Source: the human T2T-CHM13v2.0 reference genome, Homo sapiens
Reading direction: 5' to 3' (one strand)
NCBI RefSeq assembly: GCF_009914755.1
Contig: NC_060933.1
DNA length: 64,000 nucleotides
In this document: one piece after another, positions 1-25,691 of the stretch
Layout: each line of letters opens with the position of its first letter
Position numbering within the stretch: the first letter of the stretch is position 1
The notes under the pieces: generated by a model
Databases searched by the model: none
Seen by the model: only the letters and a program-made list of their open reading frames with translations
What the model was told of the DNA's origin: nothing
Program-made: the position numbers and the translations under genes

Positions 1-226
1 AACCTCCACCTCCTGGGTTCAAGCGATTCTCCTATCTCAGCCTCCCGAGTAGCTGGGATTACGGGCGTGTGCCACCACCATGCCCGGCTGATTTTTTTTG
101 TATTATTAGTAGAGATGGGATTTCACCATGTTGACCAGGCTGGTCTTGAACTCCTGACCTCAGGTGATCTGCCCACCTCGGCCTCCCAATGTACTGGGAT
201 TACAGGCAGAGCCATTGCGCCCGGCC
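1..226 (-). mobile_element. Alu (AluS-like, cut by window edge)
   Basis: Antisense Alu consensus ending in ...gcgcccggcc. Confidence 0.93.
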
Positions 227-244
227 CACACTTTTCCTTTTCTG

Positions 245-745
245 TATGTTATTATGCTTTGACATCTTGGGGGCTTTACTAGTCAGGGAGATGCTGCCCC
301 TTCCAGGGCTGGCTAATCCCCAGAGCTAGCAAACAACTTTATAAACACCAATCCAGAGCCCATATCCCCAGTCTCTTCCTGATCTGACTCTCACACCCCA
401 AGCCAGCATTTCTCCTGCCCTGCATCCCCCAGGGACAGATACCAGACGGCTAGAGCCCCCTGCTGTGACCTAGAGTCTGCTGACATGATTCAAGCTATCT
501 AATCCTAAACTTGCTCACACTTACCTACCCTGCCTTGTCCATTTTCACCCTGAGGAAAACACAAAAAAGGCTCTGGGTCATGCTCTCTCCTGGCTCCTCC
601 TGACCCTGGTACTTCCCCTTCTGGCCCTGCGTGGCATGGCAGGGCCCCTCCTCCTGAGAACCACGAGTACTAAATCCTTCCTTTGTGGCACTTGTCTTCT
701 AGTCTGTCACTTTACTATACCTGATTCAAACAAAACCCAGGTACT
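245..745 (+). mobile_element. Solo ERV1-class LTR (MER39/MER21-group-like)
   Basis: ttgacatcttggggg...gcccctt ccagggctggctaat...ccaatccagagccca pattern resembles MER39 from memory. Confidence 0.55.
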
Positions 746-1299
746 TTTAGGATATAGGGCAGGAGGCTGGAAGGATTGCCTGTGTGGATTCAGAAGCACT
801 GAGTTTCCACACTTGGAGATGGAGGGAATGACAGTGAGTTAGGAGCTAAAATCACCAAGAAATGAAGATGCCGACCAGAGCGAAGGTGGTGCTGGTGATT
901 CTGAGACCAGGAAGCTTACACATGGTAGCTCCCAGGGTGGAGAATGGCCTGGTAGTGTTAGGAAGGAGCCAGGAGGGCCCCAACCCCACCTACAGACCCA
1001 GAGGTAGAGGGATCCTGCGAAAAGATATCTCTACACCCGAAAGCTCCAGGGGAAGCCAGGTTTTCATGAGAGTGCAGCTAGAAGTATGCTTGGAGAAGAA
1101 GAGTCTAATGACAGGGCGGTTGGTGCTGGTGGTGGTTTCTGGAACACAGGATGGGTGGGAGATAGGGTCAGAATCAAGGATGTGCAGAGTCCTGTGGGGC
1201 TTAGATTGTGGCTGACCTGGGATAAAGGCCACCTGTGTTCTGTGTCCATTGTCTTCCATCTCAGTAGCTTGCAATACAGTCTGTCTGTCCCTTGCTTGA

Positions 1300-1626
<327 letters not shown>

Positions 1627-2439
1627 TGAAACACCTTCTTTCTGACTTCTGGCATGGCCGACTGCCATTCGGGAGGGCTGTCCACAATCCTTGCCATCCC
1701 ATGGCACCCTTCTCTCTTGTTCGGGAATTCTGCCTGTGCATAGCCTTGGCAGGAAAGTGTCTGGAGCATGGCCAGTTAGACCCACCTCCGGAAACATCGG
1801 AATCCTAAGGGAGTGAGCTGGGCCTGGGGCTTCAGGGCCTCTCCCAGCCTGGCCCGGGGGCCCCTCCAGCCTGTGAGCCCCTTTCTCTTTGCTGGGGTGC
1901 CAGACTCCTCCTCCCTGACCTGTTACCTTCTACCAACTAGGGATGGCAACATTTTAGTGCTTGACTCCCAGGCTCATGCACGGAAGTACTTGGTCCATTG
2001 GGGATCAGTGGCACCTCAGACTCTGCATGTGATGACCCTCCCACCCCCAAACCATGTGTATCTAGGTCCGTCCTCCCCATCAGAGAAGGCCACCCTCTTC
2101 ACCGGCTGTCCTAGAAAAACTCGCAGCACTGGGGCCCGCACACCCACTCCGTGGTGAGCTGGTCCTTGTCGAGCGACGCCTTCCCTCTCCAGGACTACCC
2201 AACCGGTCTCTCCCGCCTTAGGTCCCCTGGGTATTTGAGTCCCACCCCCCGCGGCTCACTCTCTACAAAGGGACCCTTTAAAAAAGATAAATGGGAGTGT
2301 GTTCCTCCTGGTTTCAAGTGATCCAAGTCCTCGCCCCACCTGGCCCCCGACCCTTCTGCTGCGGACCCCTGCCCAAGGGCCTCCGCCCAAGTGTGGCTCC
2401 CTTGGGCCCACACCCCATCAGGCCAGCAAGGAGGGGGAT

Positions 2440-2690
2440 AGCGGGGGGCGGGGCAGGTGCTGGGACTCCGGGCAGGTGCGGGGAAGGCAGGGGGCGGGGG
2501 GGGAAGGGGTTGGGCGATGCAGGTGTTGGGGGCCGGGACAGTTGCGGGGGTAGGCAGGTACCGGGAAGGCGGGAGGGCGGGCAGGTTCCGGAGGGGCGCG
2601 ACAGGTGCTGGGACGCGAGGTAGGTGCGGAGAAGGTTGGGGGTGCGGGGCAGGAGCCGGGGGTGGGGGTTGAGGCGGGGCAGGTCCTACG
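2440..2690 (+). repeat. Degenerate G-rich minisatellite-like array with core GGGCAGGTGC
   Basis: About 10 imperfect copies of the core. Confidence 0.6.
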
Positions 2691-3399
2691 CGGCGGAGCA
2701 TCCCCGCCCAGGACGCCCGCGCGGCCCCGTGACGTTTTTCCGCGACTCGGGGTGAGGGAGACCCCTGGGCGGGACGGGCGGAGGGTGGGGGCGGAGGAGT
2801 GGGTTCTGCCCGCAGCAGAGTGCAGCGGGGAGACCTTCCCAGTCTCAGAGCTCGCCTCGGCCCCGCCCCCAGCCCTGCCCCCCGACGGAGACGCGGCGGT
2901 GACTCCCTCCGTGGGGGACGCACGGGACGCTTGCGCCTCAAGTCCCTTAAGCGGCGCCCGACGCAGCGCAGCACCTACCCAGCCGGGACAGGGCCAGGGC
3001 CGGGGATGGATGAGCGCGGCCGGGGGGCGGGGCAGGGGTGGGGCGGCCGAGGCAGGGGCGGAGCTGGGAAGGCGAGGCAGGGGCGAAGGGCGGGGGCGGG
3101 GCGAGGAGGCTGTCAGAGGGGCGGGGAATAACGAGGGGGCGGGGCCACACGGACGGATGGGGCGGGGAATAGGGGCTGGGCCGGGCCTCCGAGCGGCAGT
3201 CCGCGGGCTACGGGGCGGCCGGGGGGCTGGGCGGGGCCGTGGGGCGGGGCAGGGCCTGGGAGGGGCCGGATGGGGGTGGAGGCCGGGATTGGGACGGATG
3301 GGGGCGGGGCATAGGAGGGGGCGGGGCCGGGCCTCGGAGCCGGGACTCGCGGGCGGCGGGCGGGGGCGTCGCTGCGCGGCTGGCCGGTGAGGCCGCGGC

Positions 3400-12820
<9,421 letters not shown>

Positions 12821-13020
12821 CCCCGTGCTGCCTTCTCCAGGCAGGCCTGGCCTCTGCCCTGGGACTGGGGCGCCCAGGGCCTCGTGCCTTCTCTCTTGGC
12901 CTAGCCTGGCCCACTCAGGACCTGCCCAGCCTCTGCCAGCTCCTCTGGCATCCGCCCTCTTCTCCCTGGGGCTGGGGTGGGGGTGGCAGGGAGCTGGGAC
13001 CTGGAGAGACAACTCCTGTA

Positions 13021-13026
13021 AATAAA
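13021..13026 (+). terminator. ARRDC1 polyadenylation signal AATAAA
   Basis: First AATAAA after the stop codon, preceded by a TGTA (CFIm-type) element at 13017-13020. Confidence 0.88.
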
Positions 13027-13030
13027 ACAC

Positions 13031-13036
13031 TTTATT
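13031..13036 (-). terminator. Minus-strand polyadenylation signal AATAAA (ARRDC1-AS1)
   Basis: TTTATT on + at 13031-13036, lying downstream of the minus-strand C9orf37 ORF. Confidence 0.75.
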
Positions 13037-13350
13037 TGTAGAGCTGGGCCTCACCGGCCTCGCCTTGGGCACCCTCCAGCCTCTGGCAGGGCCTGACCCT
13101 GACCCCATCCTGGGCTCTGCTCATGCCAGGGCAGACCCTGCTCCTCAGGTGCCCCCTACTACCCTGGGGGCGCGCTCAGGCTACCATGCCTGGGCGGAGC
13201 CGCGGGGCTGGCTCCCTTTAACAGAGGACGGGGGCTGGCGCTGGGCCTTCCAGAGCCGCCTAAGGACACGTCCTTGGAGCCCGGCTCATGAAATGGGGCC
13301 TCACGCAACCTTGGTGTTTGGTTAAATTTGTGCCTTGGCTCCTGTTGCGT

Positions 13351-13881
13351 TTAGGCACCCAGGTTCCCAAGCGGTGTGGTGTGGACCTCCCCTGCTGAGA
13401 AACCCGCTGGCGCGTGGAGGGGCTTGCCCAGGTCCCTCCGACAGGAGACCCTGCTCCCTGGGCCTTGGCCCCTGCTAGCACCACTGCCAGGCCTGGCTCT
13501 GAGGGACGCTGCTTCTCCCCTGCCCACGTCTCCAAGGCCTGAAAGGCAGGGTTCTGTGGAACAGCATTTCTCAAAGGGGCATCCTGCAGACGTTCCAGCC
13601 CCAGGGGAGGCCCCGTGATGCTGGCTGGCCTGCCTGGAGGGTGCTTCCAGAAACAACGGAGATGGTGGTGAAGAAGGCTCTGGGTTCAAATTCCAGTTCT
13701 CCTTTAGGGCGAAGGGGTGACTGTGGCTAGGTTTGTCAGTTACCTTATCTATAAAATGCACAGGACCAGGCCGGGCACGGTGGCTCCCTCCTGTAATCCC
13801 AGTACTTTGGGAGGCTGAGGCAGGTGGATTGCTTGAGGTCAGGAGTTCCAGATCAGCCTGGGCAACATAGTGAAACTCCAT
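13351..13881 (-). CDS. ARRDC1-AS1: Putative 176-aa C9orf37/ARRDC1-AS1 ORF ([17 protein letters not shown]...PLGNLGA); coding status doubtful
   Basis: Internal ATG of track ORF 13351..13944, placed directly after a poly(T)-gtacag acceptor. The first ~38 codons are Alu-derived and no domain is recognisable. Confidence 0.45.
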   Translation of the reverse strand: MEFHYVAQADLELLTSSNPPASASQSTGITGGSHRARPGPVHFIDKVTDKPSHSHPFALKENWNLNPEPSSPPSPLFLEAPSRQASQHHGASPGAGTSAGCPFEKCCSTEPCLSGLGDVGRGEAASLRARPGSGASRGQGPGSRVSCRRDLGKPLHAPAGFSAGEVHTTPLGNLGA

Positions 13882-14072
13882 CTGTACAAAAAAAAAAAAA
13901 AAAAAAAAATAGCTGGGCATCATGGCACATGCTTGTAATCCCAATTACTCAGGAGGCTGAGGCAGGAGAATCGCTTGAACCCAGGTGGCAGAGGTTACAG
14001 TGATCTGAGATTGTGCCACTGTACTCCGGCCTGGGTGACAGAGCAAGACTGCCTCAAAAAATAAAAAAACAA
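13768..14072 (+). mobile_element. AluS with expanded middle A-tract; left arm exonised in ARRDC1-AS1
   Basis: Starts ggccgggcacggtggctc; run of about 22 A at 13888-13909. Confidence 0.93.
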
Positions 14073-14693
14073 AACCCCACAAAAAACTCGTGGGACTGTA
14101 GGGTACAGCCCCCCACCCTCATAGCATGACAGTTTATTTCTTGAACAGTCCAGAGGGGGCAGATCCTGGCCTTGTGGCAGAGTTGTCATTCCTACATAGT
14201 GGTTCCCATCCCTGGCTCCCAGATGGCTGTTGACAGCTTTCACCACTGCCCAGCCTAATGGTGGGACTTTTGAGGGACAGACTGGGAAATGGATTGTCAC
14301 TTTTTGTCTCTGACCTGTCCCCTTCCTGTTGGAAATGTGGTCTTTAGCCAGGCAGTCCTGTACTTGGCTAAAATTTTACTAATTGTGGGACAGGCAGCAT
14401 GAATATTGGAGAACAGCAGAAAGTGTACCACAGGTGGGGTCATCTGTGAAGCGCCTCCTGGAAGCAGTGCAGTATATGGTTGAAAGGAAGGCCTCCTGGG
14501 CTGAATCCCATCACTGCCTCTCACCACTCCCTTGCTTCAGTTCAGTCACTTATAAAATGTGGGTAAGAACAGTGCCTGCCTCTCAGGACTGACCTGAAGT
14601 CTGCAGTGTTAGCATGTCACGTGCTGAGAGCAGCATCTTGACATAAGTGCTGAGGGGCACACAAGGGTAGCAGCTGATGGAAAAATGGAGTGA

Positions 14694-15093
<400 letters not shown>

Positions 15094-15099
15094 CAGTCA

Positions 15100-15370
15100 A
15101 CAAATATTTTGTCTCCTGTACACCAGGTATTGTTCTAGGCACCATGGACTTACATTCTAGTAGGGAGACAATATTCCAAATCAGGATGTGGGAGAGTCAC
15201 ATGACACACACTGTGATGGAGCCAAGTAAGTCAACGAAGACAGGTATGGGGGGGCAGTATCATTTTAACTAGGGAGGAGAGGGAAGGCTTCCCTTAAGAG
15301 GTGATATTTCAACTCAAGGATGGTAAAGAGGGAAGCCACAAAGACACTCGAAATAAAGGTTTCAGGGAAG
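15100..15370 (-). mobile_element. L2 3' fragment
   Basis: ccaggtattgttctaggcac...cttacattctagtagggagaca is typical of the L2 3' end. Confidence 0.6.
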
Positions 15371-15904
15371 GGACAGACAGCAGGGGTGGCGGAGAGGTGG
15401 GTGCGGGGCAGGAGGGCCATGAAGGCGCTCGTGTCTCCTGCGAGGGCTCAGGGTGCTCGGCCTGTCATAAATGGACTTAGGCTTTGACAGAGCAGTTTAG
15501 CTGCCCTAAAGAAACCTGGGAAGGTTCCCTTGGCACTTGGGATTGTCCGTTTCCTTTTCTGTCTATGTGCGCTGTCTATGCTGGACTTGAGATAATTCTC
15601 CGGAGTCCGACTCACCAGGAGACTCGGGTGTCACCCAGATTGACCTTCAAGGCTCATTTCTTGTCAGTCCAGTACCCGTCCCCTCGGTTCACACGACCAT
15701 CCAGAAACCTCAAATTCAGTCCATGCTTCTTGTTTTGGGTCTCGGGGCTGGGATAAGGCGGGCTGACCACCGCGGGGCATGTAGGTAGTTTCCGTGGTGC
15801 TGGGGGCGCTCTCCAGGGAAGGCTACTTGGTCTGCAGAAAAGGCCTTGACTTGTGCATACCTGGGCAGCGGGCCTATGAGTGGCAGCGAGAGCGGGGTAA
15901 CCAG

Positions 15905-16255
15905 AGAGGGCACACCCCCCAACCGGAGCGCCCCCCAGGTTGGCATCTCCACAACTGTAGAACCTCCCCCATCAGGGCAACCCTCCCGATTGGGACACCG
16001 CCCCCAGCCAGACACATCCTCCTAGCAGAACACCCATGCTTAGCCGGAGCCGCTCCCCCGCCAGACACCTCCCCACCGGGAAACCCTCCCCAGTGGGACA
16101 CCCCAGCCAGTCCAGGTATTCCCGCCGTTAGGGACACCCCCTCCAGCCGGAGCATACCCTCGGCAGGGGCATTCCTCCCAACCGAGGGAACCCCGCCGCA
16201 ACGGGAACCTGCCTGAACCAGAGCACCCTCCCGCGCCGGGGACACCCCACAGGCG
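15905..16255 (+). repeat. Degenerate ~19-nt C-rich tandem array (consensus about GGGACACCCCCCAGCC)
   Basis: Recurring ggacacc/gaaccc/gagcacc followed by C-runs at regular spacing. Confidence 0.6.
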
Positions 16256-16710
16256 GCTCCCGCGCCAGGCCGCGGCCCAGGGAGTCAGCCTTCCGCGCAA
16301 GCCGGCGAAATCAAAGTGCGTCCGGGGTTAGAGGTCAGAGGTCGGAGCCGCGGGTCTTTCTCCTTCTTCGGCCAGCCCACCAAAACGTCAATTTAGAATG
16401 AGACATGTGTTGAAAATGGGACGGCTACTCCCCATCCACTACTACGACTCTGGCGGGCGGGTTCTCCAGCTCCAGGTCTCCTACCCCGCGGGCGCGCGTT
16501 CCGGTTCCGGCCGCCGCAGGCCCGGCGCCTGGGGCGCCGCACGCCTGGTTCCAGTGCGCAGGCGCCGCACCGGTCGAGCTCCAACGCGCAGGCGCGGGCG
16601 CAGGCGCAGGCGCAGACGTAGGCGATCGGCCCCGCCCCGACTCTGGGCCGCGAGGCGCGGGCGGGGCGATGGCGCGCGGGAGGGGCGGGGCCACGCTGCG
16701 GGCCCGGGCC

Positions 16711-16731
16711 ATGGCCGCCGCCGATGCCGAG
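16711..16731 (+). CDS. EHMT1: EHMT1 (GLP/KMT1D, H3K9 methyltransferase) coding exon 1, MAAADAE; remainder of gene lies beyond the window
   Basis: gccATGG Kozak, ATGGCCGCCGCCGATGCCGAG|gtgagc phase-0 donor; matches the known EHMT1 N-terminus and its position next to ARRDC1. Confidence 0.9.
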
Positions 16732-16857
16732 GTGAGCAGCGGGGCCGGCGGGGGGCGGCGCGGGGGCGGCGGGCAGCGGCGGAGGCGGCGCGGGGGCGAA
16801 GAACCGGGCGGGGCGGCGGCAGGCGGCCGGCGGGCGGGCGGGGCCCCGGGTCCCCCC

Positions 16858-16884
16858 GCCGCCGCCGCCGCCGCTGCCGCCGCC
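16858..16884 (+). repeat. (GCC)5 GCT (GCC)3 trinucleotide repeat
   Basis: Read directly from the sequence. Confidence 0.9.
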
Positions 16885-18081
16885 TCAGGCCGAGGCCGGG
16901 CCGAGGCCGCCGGGCGTCCGGCCCGCGCTCCCGCCGGGCGCGCTTTGTGCGCGGCGCGGGCCGGGCGGCGGCTGGGGGAGCGGGCGGGGGCGCAGGTGAG
17001 GGAGGCGACCGCGTACCTGTGCCCGCGCCCCCCACGGACCCCGTGCCGCCGCCGCCGCCCGCAAGCCGGATCTGCGGGGAGGGCCTCGGCCAGGGTGCCG
17101 GGGAGGTGCGGAGGACAAAAGGAAAAGTAGCGGGGCCGGCCAACTTTGGAGCGCCGGCCGAGGCGAGGCTGTCCCTCCTCTCGGAGCTCTTCCTTCGCTT
17201 CGTTGACCTTTCACTTTGTTCTGAGTAGGATGGCACCATCTTTAACGAAAAGTTGGCCAGTCCCGGCGTGTTTCTCCCCAGACAATGCTGCTCCAGCCCT
17301 GCTGGCTGTCAGAAGCAGGAAAGCACGCTCGGTGGGAAGCTTGCGGACTCAAGTTTATTTCCAAACCAGCAGCTTTAAAGGGCTCTCGATGTAAAAAGTT
17401 CACATTCTTTTGTTAATGGTCTCGGCCTTCCCCGTGCTCATTCTCAAGGATAGTTTGTTTCCTTGCTTAGGAAAGGAAGCAGCGTAGAGATTAAAGTCTT
17501 GCGAGTGGACCACTGGCGTCCCTCTGAAGGAAAAGCAAGCAGGAGGTGGTGTGTCCGTGGAGATGCAGAAATAGTGTGGTCCTAGGGCTGAGATAAGGGA
17601 CCGGTTTGGAGAAAACTGTCAGCGTAGAAGTATTTCTTTGAAATTAACTGTCTAGTAACAGTTGAGACTTCTAAAGCTTAGAAAGTTAAGGTGTAGTAAG
17701 AAGCCGTACAGTATCCTGGTGCATAGACTTAACACTGTATTTTAACTCAGGTAATGTATGGCCTTTTTGTTTATTTTTTTCCTGCATTTTTGGGGGGTGT
17801 TGAAATAAGTAAACTGGGAAGGTGCAGGGGAATTCTTAAATTCAATGCAAGGAGTTTTTGCTGAGTATCTGCAGCATTCAAGGAATTAATATTAGTCACT
17901 GAGAACAAAAAGCGAAATTAGAAAATTTCAAGTCACTTCTAGGCTTGTAGGGGAGAAGACGTGTAGTGATGAATTCTATCATTTATGAAGTACCCACTGG
18001 ATCCCACACACTGTGCAAGACCTTTAGATCAGGCGCCTCCCTCGGTTTTCTTCACCCTGTGCAGCAGGTGCTGTTATTTCC

Positions 18082-18372
18082 TTTTTTAAATTATTATTTA
18101 TTATTATTATTTTTTGAGACAGGATCTCCCTTTGTCACTCAGGCTGGAATGCAGAGGCATGATCACTGCTCACTGCAGCTTCGACCACCCAGGCTCAAAG
18201 GAGTCTCCCACCTCGGGTGCTGCCACACCTGGCCAATTTTTTTGTATTTTTTTGGTAGAGACCGGGGTTTCACCATGTTGCCCAGGCTGGTCTTGAACTT
18301 TTGGACTCCAGCGATCTGCCTGCCTCCGCCTCCCTAAGTGCTAGGATTACAGACATGAGCCATTGTGCCCGT
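18082..18372 (-). mobile_element. AluJ-like, flanked by MIR/L2 fragments (about 17970-18080 and 18375-18780)
   Basis: Alu consensus; MIR core-like cccgtttataaatgagaagacaggcgcag at about 18675. Confidence 0.8.
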
Positions 18373-19096
18373 CCTGTTGTTTCCTGTTTAGCTGAGGAGG
18401 AAGGGTTAGATAACTTGGCCAGTCGGTTGTAGGACCAGCACTAGTACAGTGTTGGGCACGTAGTAGGTGTTTAATACATGACCGATGAGCAAATGGCTCC
18501 AGATGTCTCTGGTTCCATAGGCAGCCTTGAATAGGGCTTTACACACCTGATGAGAATGACAGCCTGTGTTGACTGAGCCCTGACTTGTGTCCAACCCTGC
18601 CATAGTGCCAGTGCCTTGCATGAATTCAATAATTTGAGCCTAGCAGCAACCTTAAGAGGTAGGTACTGTTACCTCCCCGTTTATAAATGAGAAGACAGGC
18701 GCAGTGAGGCCCAAGATTGAAGAGCTTGTGGCCAAGAAGATGGAGTTGCAGGTGGTTTGGCCATAGAGCTGATGCTTGCTAAATGTGTTATATCTGTGAT
18801 GGTCATTTTAGGTTAATAAAAGCTCTGTTTTTAGATTGATAATTCTAAGGGTTTATCATCAAGGTGTATGAGAAGGTGAGGGAGCCCCTGTGTGTAGCGC
18901 AGCAACTCTGGCCTTCTGGACAGTAGGTAGGCATGTGATCACTGTTGTCACTAAACCTGGGAAATGATTCCTGGGTCAGGGTTCATTAATTGCCAAATGA
19001 TTAAAGTAATAAAGCTGACACTGGAAACTTATCTAACTTCATTTCTTTTCCTTGATTTACAAAGATAGTCAATACATTTTCCTACCAAAAAGAACT

Positions 19097-19316
19097 GGCC
19101 AGCCGTGGTGGCTCATGCCTGTAATCCTAGCAGTTTAGGAAGCCGAGGTGGGCGGATCACTTGAGGTCAGGAGTTCGAGACCAGTCTGGCCAACATGGTT
19201 GAAACCCTGTCTCTACTGAAAATACAAAAATTATCTGGGCATAGTGGTGTGTGCCTGTAATTGCAGCCTGGGCAACGGAGTGAGAGACTGTCTCAGGAAA
19301 AAAAAAAGAAAAAAAA
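19097..19316 (+). mobile_element. Alu with internal deletion of most of the right arm
   Basis: gcctgtaa joined almost directly to gcagcctgggcaac. Confidence 0.85.
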
Positions 19317-19639
19317 CTACTGAGGTAGTTGAATATATCCTCCATTCCCCATTTGTGGATTAGTTAGTAAATGGGGCATCTTAGGGTTTAAATATGTCCA
19401 GGGTCACTGAGGATCAGATCCTAGGGTTCCTTTGACTCAAGGCTTTTGTCTCAGCAAAACGTCACCTTCCAGCAGGAAGGCTTTCTCAGGCAAGTAGCAG
19501 GGTGGCTACTATGTATCGCTTCTTTATTTTTTCTTTTTTAAAATAATGCAGGCACGTGCGCATAATTTAAAAAATCAGTGCTAAAACCCTTAAAAAAAAA
19601 AGCTGTTCTCATCTCCTGTCTTTCTTTTTTTTTTCTTTT

Positions 19640-20101
<462 letters not shown>

Positions 20102-20319
20102 GATCATCTTCTGTCTTTCTAGAGAAGAAGCAGCCCACTTGCATCTCTTGAGCATTTACTTCATGTTTCTAAATATATGTTTGTATTGTCATGTCTTTAT
20201 TCACCAACTTTAGGGGTCGACTATGGACTTCCATTAATGGTGAATTAGTGTAAGATTTAGATTAGAGAAGATTTTTGTTCTCTTATGTTCATCCTGCCCC
20301 AATCAGAATGTATGTTCTT

Positions 20320-21037
<718 letters not shown>

Positions 21038-21088
21038 CTAGCCAGGAAGGTGTGGTAAGCGGTGAACTTTTGGGGTTTGCGTGTCTGA

Positions 21089-25691
<4,603 letters not shown>

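Larger units (their letters stand above)
16050..17350. promoter_or_regulatory. CpG island, bidirectional EHMT1/ARRDC1-AS1 promoter
   Basis: CpG-dense; tandem ETS cores TTCCGGTTCCGG at 16499-16510; repeated GCGCAGGCGC NRF1-type motifs at 16556-16614; GC boxes at 16630-16690. Confidence 0.9.

Noticed and set aside
16438-16460. ACTACGACTCTGGCGGGC as a ZNF143/THAP11 motif
   Set aside because: Lacks the TCCCA core; match too weak.
16398-17239. 276-aa (+) and 252-aa (-) ORFs over the EHMT1 CpG island
   Set aside because: Same GC-rich artefact; no recognisable domain.
17745-17756. Donor-like CAG|GTAATG downstream of the EHMT1 island
   Set aside because: No clear partner acceptor or reading-frame support identifiable by eye.
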